From NCBI GenBank assembly GCA_017609625.1, contig JAFCDN010000003.1, forward strand, positions 1,387 through 65,386: a stretch of 64,000 bases of DNA, written 5' to 3'. Origin of the DNA: Candidatus Iainarchaeum sp. Its GTDB lineage: Archaea; Iainarchaeota; Iainarchaeia; Iainarchaeales; 1-14-0-10-31-34. Position numbers and translations under genes: made by a program. Below, one piece after another: positions 1 to 8,809 of the stretch (its first letter is position 1; each line of letters begins with the position of its first letter). The notes below the pieces were generated by a model, which saw only the letters and a program-made list of their open reading frames with translations, was not told the origin of the DNA and did no database searches.

Positions 1-572
1 TCTCCTACAAGAACTGCATCAACTTTTGAACGCAGTTCATGGACTTTTTTCCTTGATTCCTCTGAAGAAATCCATTTAGAATCAAAAGATTTTGTTGCAA
101 TCTTTCCATCTAAAGTAGTTGCTGCTTTTAAAATCACAAAAGGCTTTTTTGTTTTCTGGAATTTGAAAAACGCTTCATTTACTTTTTCTGCTTTTTCTTT
201 AAGCAAACCAGCTTGTGTTTCAATTCCTGCCTGCTCTAATTGTTCCAAACTTTTTCCCTGCATTAAAGGATTTGGGTCAAGAGTTGCAGCAACAACTTTT
301 TTTATTCCAGCAGAAATTATTGCCTGAGTGCAGGGAGGAGTTTTTCCTGTGTGGTTACAGGGTTCTAAAGAACAATAAAGAACTGCATCTTCTGCTTGAG
401 AGCCTGCTTTTTCCAGAGCAACTGCTTCTGCGTGTTTTTTTCCAAAACTTTCATGAAAACCTTCTGCAATAATTTCATTGTTTTTTACTATAACACAACC
501 AACAAAAGGATTTGGGGAAGGGTTTCCTTTAAGGGAAATATCCAAAGCGCGCTGCATGAATTTTTCTTGCAT
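1..572 (-). CDS. ribD: Riboflavin biosynthesis protein RibD (pyrimidine deaminase/uracil reductase). The 3' end is cut by the window edge, so it has no stop in window and is absent from the ORF track.
   Basis: Own minus-strand translation from ATG 572-570: MQEKFMQRALDISLKGNPSPNPFVGCVIVKNNEIIAEGFHESFGKKHAEAVALEKAG...LYCSLEPCNHTGKTPPCTQAII (deaminase HAE / PCxxC zinc motifs). It continues ...FVILKAATTLDGKIATKS...VHELRSKVDAVLVG (reductase domain). Frame is open to base 1. Confidence 0.85.
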   Translation of the reverse strand, partial: MQEKFMQRALDISLKGNPSPNPFVGCVIVKNNEIIAEGFHESFGKKHAEAVALEKAGSQAEDAVLYCSLEPCNHTGKTPPCTQAIISAGIKKVVAATLDPNPLMQGKSLEQLEQAGIETQAGLLKEKAEKVNEAFFKFQKTKKPFVILKAATTLDGKIATKSFDSKWISSEESRKKVHELRSKVDAVLVG

Positions 573-586
573 AAAAAAACCTCTTA

Positions 587-1036
587 TCATTTATTTGATA
601 ACACAATCTTTTTGATTTTTTCCATAAAATTTTCTGCCTTGTTATAAAGGCTATTTAGATCTTCTTCAAACTTAATCCTAATAAGATTATATTGAACTTC
701 CTGCCTTAATCCTCTTAACAAGTCAAACAAAGAAAGATCTTCAGAAGAAAGGATTTTTTTCTTTTCAAAAGCTTCTTCTAAATATTTTTGCATGCAGTAA
801 TGGCTTTTTTCTTTTATTCCGTTCAGGTAAAGCAGTGCTCTTGCTGCATGAAATACAGAATTGTATAATGCAATTAAAGCCATTTCTTTTTTTTTAAGAT
901 TAATTAAATCAAACGCTTCATTTAAAAAAAACTCTGACTGGCTTATGTCCTGCAAAGCAAGATTCCTGCTTTTTTCTGTTTCTTTAAGCAGGCCTTTGTT
1001 AAAACAGTCTTTTAATTCATTCAATTTTTTCACCAA
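587..1036 (-). CDS. HEPN-domain protein (putative toxin partner of the adjacent nucleotidyltransferase)
   Basis: 149 aa helical protein; the segment ALYNSVFHAARALLYLNGIKEKSH resembles the HEPN core. Overlaps the upstream MNT ORF by 20 nt. Confidence 0.55.
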   Translation of the reverse strand: MVKKLNELKDCFNKGLLKETEKSRNLALQDISQSEFFLNEAFDLINLKKKEMALIALYNSVFHAARALLYLNGIKEKSHYCMQKYLEEAFEKKKILSSEDLSLFDLLRGLRQEVQYNLIRIKFEEDLNSLYNKAENFMEKIKKIVLSNK

Positions 1037-1628
1037 ACAACAGAACAGAATTGTTTTTTATCTGGTTAGGCAGTTCTGTTTTGTTTTTTTTCATTGAATC
1101 AATTTTTGCCGGAGTCAAGACAACTAACTGGATTTCTTTTTTTAGTTCACTGCTTAATTCTCTCTTTATTGCACTCACTAAAAAAGAATCTGGTTTTTTT
1201 GTGAAATAAACAGCCAAATCAATGTCACTGTCTGCTGTAATAGTTCCTTTTGCTGCGCTGCCAAACAAAAAAACTCCAGATGGCTTTATTTTAATTAATT
1301 TCCTAAAAGCCTTTGAATCCAGAATCTTATTAACAAAAACAAGCTTGACAATGCTTCTGGTTAAAGGAGAATCATAATTTAACGCAAAAAACTTCAGGTT
1401 TTTTGTTTTTTCAGAAACCACAATCTTTTTTTCAAGAAATTTTTTCATTATCTTGTGAACAGAACTCGGCGCAAGGCCTGTTTCTTCCGCGATTTCCCTG
1501 AGATAGCTTTTTCCGTTAATTAAATACTTTAAAGCTTCAAGAGAAGCTTCATTCAAAAAATCTATTTTGTTCATGACAAAATACTGTTTGTTCATATATA
1601 AAAACATTTTGTTCACACGAAAAAACAC
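1017..1628 (-). CDS. Minimal nucleotidyltransferase (MNT) with N-terminal winged-helix domain
   Basis: GVFLFGSAAKGTITADSDIDLAVYF matches the GS...DxD NTase motif. HTH-like LREIAEETGLAPSSVHKIMKKF. Probable start at MNKIDFL (about 1571). Confidence 0.7.
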   Translation of the reverse strand: MFFRVNKMFLYMNKQYFVMNKIDFLNEASLEALKYLINGKSYLREIAEETGLAPSSVHKIMKKFLEKKIVVSEKTKNLKFFALNYDSPLTRSIVKLVFVNKILDSKAFRKLIKIKPSGVFLFGSAAKGTITADSDIDLAVYFTKKPDSFLVSAIKRELSSELKKEIQLVVLTPAKIDSMKKNKTELPNQIKNNSVLLFGEKIE

Positions 1629-1689
1629 TTCATTTATCTATAAAAAATATTTGTTTAAAGTAAATGCCCAAGCTTTTCTTTTTTTGTTT

Positions 1690-1735
1690 CAAAAACAACT
1701 TTTTCCAAAAGTTGTATCAAAAACAGCCTTCGGCT
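1690..1735. repeat. AT-palindrome/CAAAAAC-linker repeat units (2 units)
   Basis: caaaaac-AACTTTTTccAAAAGTT-gtatcaaaaac-AGCCttcgGCT. Lies just downstream of ribBA. Confidence 0.6.
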
Positions 1736-1755
1736 TTGCACAAAATTTAATTTGT

Positions 1756-3003
1756 TCATAAAAGATGGCCTAGCTTCTCCTTCTTGGTTTCAAAATAACC
1801 TTTAGAAAAATCTGTTGCAGGGGCTTTAATCGGAATTCTTTCAGTTATTTTGATTCCATTTTCTTCAAGCTCTTTTATTTTGTCTGGATTGTTTGTCATT
1901 AATCTGACTTTTTCCACTCCGAGCTTTTTGAAGATTTCTGCTGCAACAGAAAAATCCCTTAAATCAACTTTATGGCCTAAAGCAGTGTTTGCTTCAACAG
2001 TATCCAAGCCATGTTCCTGCAAATGATATGCTTTGATTTTTTCTACAATACCAATTCCTCTTCCTTCCTGAAACAAGTAAATCAAAATTCCTTCTCCGTT
2101 TTTGTTTATTTCTTCTAAAGCTTTTTCCAGCTGGAAACCACAATCACATTTCTGCGAATGAAAAATTTCTCCCGTGATACAACAAGAATGAACTCTTGCA
2201 AGAACTTCTTTTCCTTTAACTTCTCCTTTAACCAATGCAAGACAAACTGAGTTATTAGAAGAAAAAGAGAAAGCATACAATTTCATTTCCCCAAAATCTG
2301 TCGGCAGGTTAGTGCATGCTTCAATTTTCAGCAGAGAATTGTTTTCTTCAGTTTTCAGCAAAGAATTACTTTTTCTTTCTTCAACTTCAGGCATAGAGAG
2401 ATTTTTTTTTCTAAATTCAATTAAATCTTCAACTGAAATCATTTTGATTTTGTTTTCTTCTGCAAATTGTTTTAACTCTTCCAGAGTTTTTACTGTTCCA
2501 TTTTTGTTTACCAGTTCTCCAATAACTCCTGCAGGATAAGATTCTGAAAGTTTGCATAAATCCACTGAAGCTTCAGTGTGTCCTTTTCTTTTTAATACTC
2601 CTTCTTTTTTTGAGTAAAGCGGAAAAACATGGCCAGGCATTCCAAAATCTTTTTTTTCAGCGCAAGGACTGATTAAAGTTTTAATTGTTTCAGTTCTGTC
2701 TTTGGCAGAAATTCCTGAACCGACTTTGTTTACTGCATCAACTGAAACAGAAAAACTAGTGTCAAAATTATCAGAGTTTTTTTCAACCATTTTCGGGATT
2801 TTCAATTCCATTAATCTGTTTTCTTCCATTGGAACACAAATCACTCCAGAAGTCTGGTGAATCAGAAAAGCCATTTTTTCTTCAGAGATTTTTTCTGCTG
2901 CAATGAAAAGGTCTCCTTCAGATTCTCTTTCTTTATGGTCAAAAATTATAACAAATTTTCCTTCTTTCACATCTTCCAAAACTTCTTCAACTGGAGAAAA
3001 CAT
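1756..3003 (-). CDS. ribBA: Bifunctional 3,4-dihydroxy-2-butanone-4-phosphate synthase / GTP cyclohydrolase II
   Basis: N-terminus FVIIFDHKERESEGDLFIAAE...HTEASVDL (DHBP synthase). C-terminus ARVHSCCITGEIFHSQKCDCGFQL...EGRGIG (GCH II). The linker carries a 27-nt-period direct repeat (2325-2340 and 2352-2367). Confidence 0.9.
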   Translation of the reverse strand: MFSPVEEVLEDVKEGKFVIIFDHKERESEGDLFIAAEKISEEKMAFLIHQTSGVICVPMEENRLMELKIPKMVEKNSDNFDTSFSVSVDAVNKVGSGISAKDRTETIKTLISPCAEKKDFGMPGHVFPLYSKKEGVLKRKGHTEASVDLCKLSESYPAGVIGELVNKNGTVKTLEELKQFAEENKIKMISVEDLIEFRKKNLSMPEVEERKSNSLLKTEENNSLLKIEACTNLPTDFGEMKLYAFSFSSNNSVCLALVKGEVKGKEVLARVHSCCITGEIFHSQKCDCGFQLEKALEEINKNGEGILIYLFQEGRGIGIVEKIKAYHLQEHGLDTVEANTALGHKVDLRDFSVAAEIFKKLGVEKVRLMTNNPDKIKELEENGIKITERIPIKAPATDFSKGYFETKKEKLGHLL

Positions 3004-3965
3004 TAAACATCACCTAAATTTCTTATTAATTTTATTACCCCTTCAACTGCTCTTTTAGAATAAGGCTCAATTCTTTTTACTGCATCTTCTTTTGAAATTC
3101 TCGGACCGCAGACTCCTAAAGTAACCGGTTTGTCATATTTCAGGCTCAATTCAGAAATTTTTTCTGCTGCAGTAAAAGCAACAAGTTCATCATGAGAAGT
3201 CTGGCCTTGGATTACTGCACCTAAAACTACAACCCCTTGGATTTCTTTTTTTTCCAAAAGCTTTTTTACTGCTAACGGAGAATCAAAAAAGCCCGGAACA
3301 AAAATCTTTTTTACAATTTCAACCCTTAATGCTTTAGCCTGAGCTAAAGCAGTTTCTTCCATTGCAGAAGTAATTTCTTTATTGTATTCAGAAACAACTA
3401 AACCGATTTTTAAGTTCGCTTGCGAACTGTTTTCGTTCAACCCTTTGGAAAAGGGTTGCTTTACTTCTCCAGCGTCTTGGAAGCCTTGTCTTCTTCCTTT
3501 TCCGGCAAAAAGGCTTAATGCAGTTTTGCTTTTCAAAAGTTCTAAAGCATTCACTGTGTGCTTTTTTGTTCTGTCTTTTGCAATCTGAAAAAGTTCTTTT
3601 TCATTTTTTGCTTCATCCATGTGGATAAAAACTTCTAAAATGTGTTTTCCTGCAGAAAGCTGAACCTGCTGGATTGAAGTTGAAGCTTCGTGCGAACAGG
3701 TTTTGTCTATTTTTTCTGGGCCAGGCATTCCTAAAGCAAGCACAATATTGCAAGAGTATTTTTCAAACAAAAGCTTGCATGCTAATGGTAAATCTTTTAC
3801 TCCTGGAACAGTATATCTTTCTGTTTCTCCGTCAAAATTTGATTCCTGAAGCTGCTGCTGGACAAAATAAAACATATCTACTCTGGAAAAAGTTGTATCT
3901 GCTATTCCAATCTTTACCATAAAGAATTTGAAAGAGGTTCTACTTAAAAATGTTATTCTACTCAA
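3003..3965 (-). CDS. Fusion of archaeal-type riboflavin synthase (N-terminal) and 6,7-dimethyl-8-ribityllumazine synthase (C-terminal)
   Basis: N-domain VKIGIADTTFSRVDM...VPGVKDLP...ALGMPG...FAGKGRRQGFQDAG matches my recollection of MJ1184-type RibC. C-domain KIGLVVSEYNKEIT...VPGFFDSPLA...DKPVTLGVCGP matches RibH. Likely start is MVKIG at 3920. The TAATG stop/start overlaps ribBA. Confidence 0.8.
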   Translation of the reverse strand: MSRITFLSRTSFKFFMVKIGIADTTFSRVDMFYFVQQQLQESNFDGETERYTVPGVKDLPLACKLLFEKYSCNIVLALGMPGPEKIDKTCSHEASTSIQQVQLSAGKHILEVFIHMDEAKNEKELFQIAKDRTKKHTVNALELLKSKTALSLFAGKGRRQGFQDAGEVKQPFSKGLNENSSQANLKIGLVVSEYNKEITSAMEETALAQAKALRVEIVKKIFVPGFFDSPLAVKKLLEKKEIQGVVVLGAVIQGQTSHDELVAFTAAEKISELSLKYDKPVTLGVCGPRISKEDAVKRIEPYSKRAVEGVIKLIRNLGDV

Positions 3966-3975
3966 AAATGAGTAC

Positions 3976-4104
3976 AGCTTTCACGCTAAGCTGGCACACG
4001 AGCACAACATTCACTTTATTCAGTTGTGCTGGCTTCAATTTTATAGCTCGATTGAGCGTAAGCGAAAATCGTGCACTGGTGTCAAGCTGACAGTGGCAGT
4101 TGTT
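3976..4104 (+). repeat. GC-rich multi-hairpin element, copy A
   Basis: GC island in AT-rich DNA. Hairpin agCACAAC(4001-4008)...GTTGTGct(4023-4030); gctcgatt...aatcgtgc (4046-4074). Collinear with copies B and C. Confidence 0.55.
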
Positions 4105-5304
4105 TTATTCCTCACGCAGAGCTTCAACCGGGTCCATTAAAGAAGCTCTTCTTGCAGGCAAAAAGCCTGAAATCATCCCGACAAAAAAAGCAAAACCTAA
4201 AGAGCCTAATAAAAGCATTGGCTCAAAAGAAATAATCAAATCCACGCCAGAAGAAGAAGCAACAACCCCTCCGACTAAAGCTACAATAAAACCTAAACTA
4301 TATCCGATAAAGCCTCCAACCAAACCAATTAAACCCGCTTCAGTCAAAAACAATTGAAGGACTAAAGTGTTTGTTGCGCCGATTGCTTTCATTACTCCGA
4401 TTTCATCTGTTCTTTCCATTACAGCCATCAGCATTGTGTTTAGTATTCCGATTCCTCCAACAACAAGAGAAATTGCTGCAATAAAAACCAAAACTAACTG
4501 GATTAAACCAAGAATAGATAATGCGCTTTCCTGAATCTGTGATGCGGTCATAATCTGAAAGTCTTCTCTTCCATGAGCTCTTTCTAATGCCCTGCTGATT
4601 CTGTCTTTTACTTCTTGAACCTCTTCTTTGTTTACTGCTTTAACAAAAATCCTGAAAGGAGTTAAATCTTCTCCGGTTATGTCTTCTAATGCTTTATAGT
4701 TCATTACTATTGCATTGTCAAACATTGCGCCAAAAGACTGGCCTGCGGCTTTTGTTATTCCAACAATTCTTAAGGAATCACCTTCAAAAACAATATTTTG
4801 TTTTAAATAAAGCTCTTCTTCAAAAACATCTTCAGCAAAACGAGAGCCAACCAAAACAGAAAAATTATCTGAAGAAGTCAAAAGCCTTCCTTCATTTAAG
4901 TCAAGCATTCCCAAGTCTTCCAGCAAAGCATGGTCTCTTGTATCAATACCTAAAATCAAAACCGCTTGTTTTTCTTCTTTAAAACTTACAATCTGGGAGG
5001 AAACATATATTGGAGTTGCATTTTCAACCCCTTTAACTGACTTAACTGTATCAACATCATCTTCATCTAATTCAGCAAAAAAAGAAGTAGCCAAACCAGA
5101 GCCAGGGAGAATTATTAAAGTGTTTGAGCCGAGCTTTTCAAATTCTCTTTCAACTGATTTATTAAATCCGTCGCCGATTGAAATCAAGGCAACAACAGAA
5201 GCTATTCCAATAACTATTCCAAGCAAAGTCAAAGAACTTCTTAACTTTTGCCTTCTTAGGTTTTCAAATGCTCTTGAAAATAATTCTAAATCCATTTTAC
5301 TCAA
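4105..5304 (-). CDS. ABC transporter permease, MacB/FtsX family
   Basis: N-terminal TM, large extracytoplasmic domain, C-terminal FtsX-type TM bundle. C-terminus ends GFLPARRASLMDPVEALREE. Confidence 0.85.
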   Translation of the reverse strand: MSKMDLELFSRAFENLRRQKLRSSLTLLGIVIGIASVVALISIGDGFNKSVEREFEKLGSNTLIILPGSGLATSFFAELDEDDVDTVKSVKGVENATPIYVSSQIVSFKEEKQAVLILGIDTRDHALLEDLGMLDLNEGRLLTSSDNFSVLVGSRFAEDVFEEELYLKQNIVFEGDSLRIVGITKAAGQSFGAMFDNAIVMNYKALEDITGEDLTPFRIFVKAVNKEEVQEVKDRISRALERAHGREDFQIMTASQIQESALSILGLIQLVLVFIAAISLVVGGIGILNTMLMAVMERTDEIGVMKAIGATNTLVLQLFLTEAGLIGLVGGFIGYSLGFIVALVGGVVASSSGVDLIISFEPMLLLGSLGFAFFVGMISGFLPARRASLMDPVEALREE

Positions 5305-5344
5305 ACCTTTTTTTAATTTTATTTTTCATTTTTTTAAAACCTTT

Positions 5345-5470
5345 TTTCTTTTCAGCCCGACTGAGCGCAGCGAATGTCGTGTCACGCTTTCGAGCGCGAG
5401 TACCGAGGCAGAGCGTAAAGCTCTGCTAGCACGACCTTGTGTCGTGCCTCGTTGTGTCGCGGGCGAAACC
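5345..5470 (+). repeat. GC-rich multi-hairpin element, copy B
   Basis: tcacgcTTTCGagcgcga; CGAG(5404-5407); GCAGAGC-gtaaa-GCTCTGC (5408-5426); GCACGA-ccttgtg-TCGTGC (5429-5447); CTCG(5448-5451). Confidence 0.6.
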
Positions 5471-5473
5471 GGA

Positions 5474-6688
5474 CTATTCAAACCTCAACGCCTCCACAGG
5501 ATCCATGTTTGCAGCTCTTCTTGCAGGAATCCAGCCAGAAACCATTCCAATAACCAAAGAAAAAATTAAAGCGCCTGCAATCAGTTCAAGAGAAGGAAGC
5601 GCATTAAAAGGAAAGCCGGCCAAAGACGCTGCAAAAGAAGCTAAAGCTCCAATTCCGCTTCCAATAATTATTCCAATTGCACCTCCAACCAAACCAATTA
5701 AACCCGCTTCAATCAAAAACAAAAACAAAACAAGGTTGCTGCTTGCACCAATTGCTTTCATTATTCCGATTTCTCTTGTTCTTTCCATTACAGCCATTAA
5801 CATTGTATTCATTATTCCAATGCCTCCGACAATCAAAGAGATGCCTGCAATAACAAAAACTACTAAACCAACTAAACCAAGGATTGCGTCTGCTCCAGCC
5901 AAAAGGTTTTCTGAAGTCATTGTGTAAAAGTCTTTTGTTCCATGAGCTTTTTCCAGTTCTTTATCTATTTCTTCCTGCACTGCTTTAATGTCTGCACCGT
6001 CTTCTATTGTTGCAATCAATTCAACCGGTTCTTCTGCTTCAAACAATTCTTTTACTGCACCTTTTGTAACCAAAACCATATTTGACATTCCAAAAGAAGA
6101 AGCAAAAGAATTTGGCTTGCTTATTGCAATTACACGGAATTTTTTTCCGTTAATTTCAACGCTTTCCCTTATTTGAATCGGAGAATCAAAAGTTTCTTCT
6201 GCAAAATCACTGTATAATCCAATAACATATTTGTCTGTGGACTTGAATTCTCTTCCTTCAATTATATCAATATAGCCCATGTCTTCAAGCATAAAAGCTT
6301 TATCTGGTTCCATCCCTATAAGCAAAACTTCTGCCTCCTGGTCTTTGTATTTCATTGTAACAGAAGTCTCCCAGAGTCCAGTTGCATCTTTTACCCCCGG
6401 AATCCTGCGGATTATGTCCAGATCATTTTCTTCCAGGGTTCTGCCAATTGCAGTTGTCATTCCCATTTCAGAGCCTGGCTCAACAAAAATAGAATTCATT
6501 CCCAAAGCCTGGAGTTCGCCGGTAATAAAACCCTGCAGGCCCTGGACTATCCCAATCAAAGAAACTATTGCCGCAATTCCAATAACTATTCCAAACAAAG
6601 TAAGGTAGCTTCTTAACTTCTGGTTGCAGATGTTTCTGAATGCAACAGAAAAGGTTTCAAGGTAAACCATGAAATAACCTTTCCTCAC
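5474..6688 (-). CDS. ABC transporter permease, MacB/FtsX family (paralog of 4105-5304)
   Basis: Same architecture as the paralog. C-terminus GWIPARRAANMDPVEALRFE. Confidence 0.85.
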   Translation of the reverse strand: MRKGYFMVYLETFSVAFRNICNQKLRSYLTLFGIVIGIAAIVSLIGIVQGLQGFITGELQALGMNSIFVEPGSEMGMTTAIGRTLEENDLDIIRRIPGVKDATGLWETSVTMKYKDQEAEVLLIGMEPDKAFMLEDMGYIDIIEGREFKSTDKYVIGLYSDFAEETFDSPIQIRESVEINGKKFRVIAISKPNSFASSFGMSNMVLVTKGAVKELFEAEEPVELIATIEDGADIKAVQEEIDKELEKAHGTKDFYTMTSENLLAGADAILGLVGLVVFVIAGISLIVGGIGIMNTMLMAVMERTREIGIMKAIGASSNLVLFLFLIEAGLIGLVGGAIGIIIGSGIGALASFAASLAGFPFNALPSLELIAGALIFSLVIGMVSGWIPARRAANMDPVEALRFE

Positions 6689-7908
6689 TTTTTCTTCTTA
6701 ATAAATTTATTATAAACAAACCTTTTTCCAAGATAAAACAATACAATCAAAACAACAACATAAAACCAGATATCCAAGTCTCCTGCAGGAACTTCTGTTA
6801 TATCATAAACTTTCATCATTAAAGTTTTTGAAACTGTTTTTGAAACACCATACTGGTCTTTGTATTTCATTGTAACAGTAACAGGATAATCTCCTTTCTG
6901 CAAATCAGAATTCAGTTTAATTGTTTCCTTAAAAGAATCAAAATCATCTGCATTCATTGTTCCGATAAACTGCTTAGTGTTCTCAAATTCTCCTGCTTCA
7001 GAATAAAGTTCTACTACAACAGATTTTGCATCTCCTACTCCGACATTAAATAAATCAAAAGTCACTTCAACACTTGCACCAGGAAAAGGCTTTGAACTGT
7101 AATCACTTATAACAGAATCCATTTCAGCATTTTCTGTAACCTTAATTCCAATATATTTTGTTTCAGTGTATTCTGTTAATTCCTCGTCTTTGAATTTAAT
7201 GGTAATTGGCACCATATAAGTCTGCTGGTCTGCTTCAGGGTTAACTCCAAGCAAAATTGAAACATTTTTTGTTTCCCCTTCATTTAATCCATCCAAAAAA
7301 ACAAAAGAACTTCCAAGCTGCTTTATTTCTCTTTCAACTACAACTCCGGTTGTAGTTACAGTTCTGTCTTCTACACTTCCAACTAAAACATCCAAAGCTT
7401 TTCCAGAGCCTACATTTCTCAATTCAAGAGAAATCTCTGAAGCTGCTCCAGGAGCAATCTCTATTGGAGAAGCAGAAATAATTTCAATCTGCGGGCTGAT
7501 TCTCTGAACATCAATAGTATAAGGCACACTAGTGGTTGATCCTTTTTCTTCCAGCATTTTCATTCTAATGGAATAGCTTCCATTCAAAGCTTCAGCATCA
7601 ACTCTGACTTTATATTTTACTAAAACCGAATCATTACCTCTGATTGTTCCAAGAGTTTTTTCTGAAGAAACTCCAGGATCCAAAGAAAAAGGATAATCTA
7701 AAACCAAATCAAAAGAAACTAAATTGGATTCAGCTGAAGTATTGTTTTTCACTACAACCCATAATTCAAAATATTCTCCTGGAACTGCAGGAGACGGAGA
7801 ATAAGTAACAGAATTAACATCCAAATCAACTGCACTAACCATTCCTGCAAAAAGCAGTGCAAAAAATAATAACAAAAACTTTTTCATAAAAACACTCCTT
7901 AAAACCAT
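6685..7908 (-). CDS. Secreted, C-terminally anchored repeat protein (CARDB / COG1361 S-layer-like domains)
   Basis: Signal peptide MKKFLLLFFALLFAGMVSA. Repeated beta-rich modules (YFELWVVVKNNT, ISLELRNVGSGKALDV, VTFDLFNVGVGDAKSVVVEL). C-terminal TM plus KKKK. Embedded in the MacB-type ABC operon. Confidence 0.6.
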   Translation of the reverse strand: MVLRSVFMKKFLLLFFALLFAGMVSAVDLDVNSVTYSPSPAVPGEYFELWVVVKNNTSAESNLVSFDLVLDYPFSLDPGVSSEKTLGTIRGNDSVLVKYKVRVDAEALNGSYSIRMKMLEEKGSTTSVPYTIDVQRISPQIEIISASPIEIAPGAASEISLELRNVGSGKALDVLVGSVEDRTVTTTGVVVEREIKQLGSSFVFLDGLNEGETKNVSILLGVNPEADQQTYMVPITIKFKDEELTEYTETKYIGIKVTENAEMDSVISDYSSKPFPGASVEVTFDLFNVGVGDAKSVVVELYSEAGEFENTKQFIGTMNADDFDSFKETIKLNSDLQKGDYPVTVTMKYKDQYGVSKTVSKTLMMKVYDITEVPAGDLDIWFYVVVLIVLFYLGKRFVYNKFIKKKK

Positions 7909-7926
7909 AATATTAAGTAAGAAAAC

Positions 7927-8655
7927 TTAATAAACATTTATTTCTTTTTTTTTCACCACATCAGTTGCAACAATCTTTCCATCCCTTAACCTTACAATTC
8001 TTCCGGCATTCTGCGCAAGCTCTTCTTCATGAGTAACCATCAAAATTGTTTTGCCGTTCTTATGTAAGTCTTTAATCAACTGCATTATCTGTTCTCCTGA
8101 AACAGAATCAAGATTTCCTGTTGGTTCATCTGCAACAATAATTTCAGGGTCAACAGCCAAAGCCCGAGCAACAGCCACTCTTTGTCTTTGTCCTCCGGAT
8201 AATTCGCTTGGCTTATGGTTTATTCTGTCAGCCAAACCAACATCAAAAAGGATTTTTTCTGCCCTATTTTCTCTGTCTGATTTTGGAACACCCTGAAACC
8301 ATAAAGGCATCATAACATTTTCTTTTGCACTCAGCCTGTTAATTAAATTAAAAGTCTGAAAAACAAAACCAATAGTTTTTCCCCTGATTTTTGCCAGTTC
8401 ATTGTCATCCATTTTAGAAATCGGTTTTTTGTTTATGAAAACCTCTCCAGAAGTCGGCCTTAACAAAACGCTTAACACATCCAGTAAAGTTGTTTTACCG
8501 CTTCCAGAAGGGCCCATAATAGAAACAAACTCTCCTTTTTTCAGTTCAAAATCCACGCCGTTCAGCGCATGGACTTTAACTGCACCCATGTCATAGGTTT
8601 TGACAACATTTTTTGCATTAATGATTATATCTGCAGGCATAAAAATAACTTCCAA
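7927..8655 (-). CDS. ABC transporter ATP-binding protein (MacB/LolD-like)
   Basis: Walker A GPSGSGKTT, signature LSGGQRQRVAVARAL, Walker B IIVADEPTGNLD. Confidence 0.92.
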   Translation of the reverse strand: MEVIFMPADIIINAKNVVKTYDMGAVKVHALNGVDFELKKGEFVSIMGPSGSGKTTLLDVLSVLLRPTSGEVFINKKPISKMDDNELAKIRGKTIGFVFQTFNLINRLSAKENVMMPLWFQGVPKSDRENRAEKILFDVGLADRINHKPSELSGGQRQRVAVARALAVDPEIIVADEPTGNLDSVSGEQIMQLIKDLHKNGKTILMVTHEEELAQNAGRIVRLRDGKIVATDVVKKKEINVY

Positions 8656-8809
8656 AAACCCAACAAAAAAAAGGTATTGTTAGGCAAACCTAAGAACAGC
8701 AATGTTTTTAAACATATTTCTTGCAGTTCTCATAAAAAAAGACTCAATCTGTTTAAATAGTTTTTGAAAACTAAATTTCTTCTTAAAAAGAAAAAAAAGA
8801 GGAGTAAAA

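Noticed and set aside
3976-4104. Possible FMN (RFN) riboswitch upstream of the riboflavin synthase gene, suggested by GCGAAAATCGTGCACTGGTG...GCTGACAGT on the + strand.
   Set aside because: The resemblance is on the + strand, but the rib genes are on the minus strand and no + strand gene follows. The same module recurs at 5345-5470 and after tRNA-Leu, so it belongs to the repeat family. The conserved RFN core (AGGG...GAAATTCCC...CCGACAGT..AGTCTGGATG) is not present.
5345-5470. GC-rich patches as split-tRNA halves or tRNA-like genes, as in Nanoarchaeota.
   Set aside because: There is no T-loop (GTTCRAAT) or anticodon-arm geometry on either strand. The complementary GC stems are intramolecular hairpins, not paired leader and trailer sequences.
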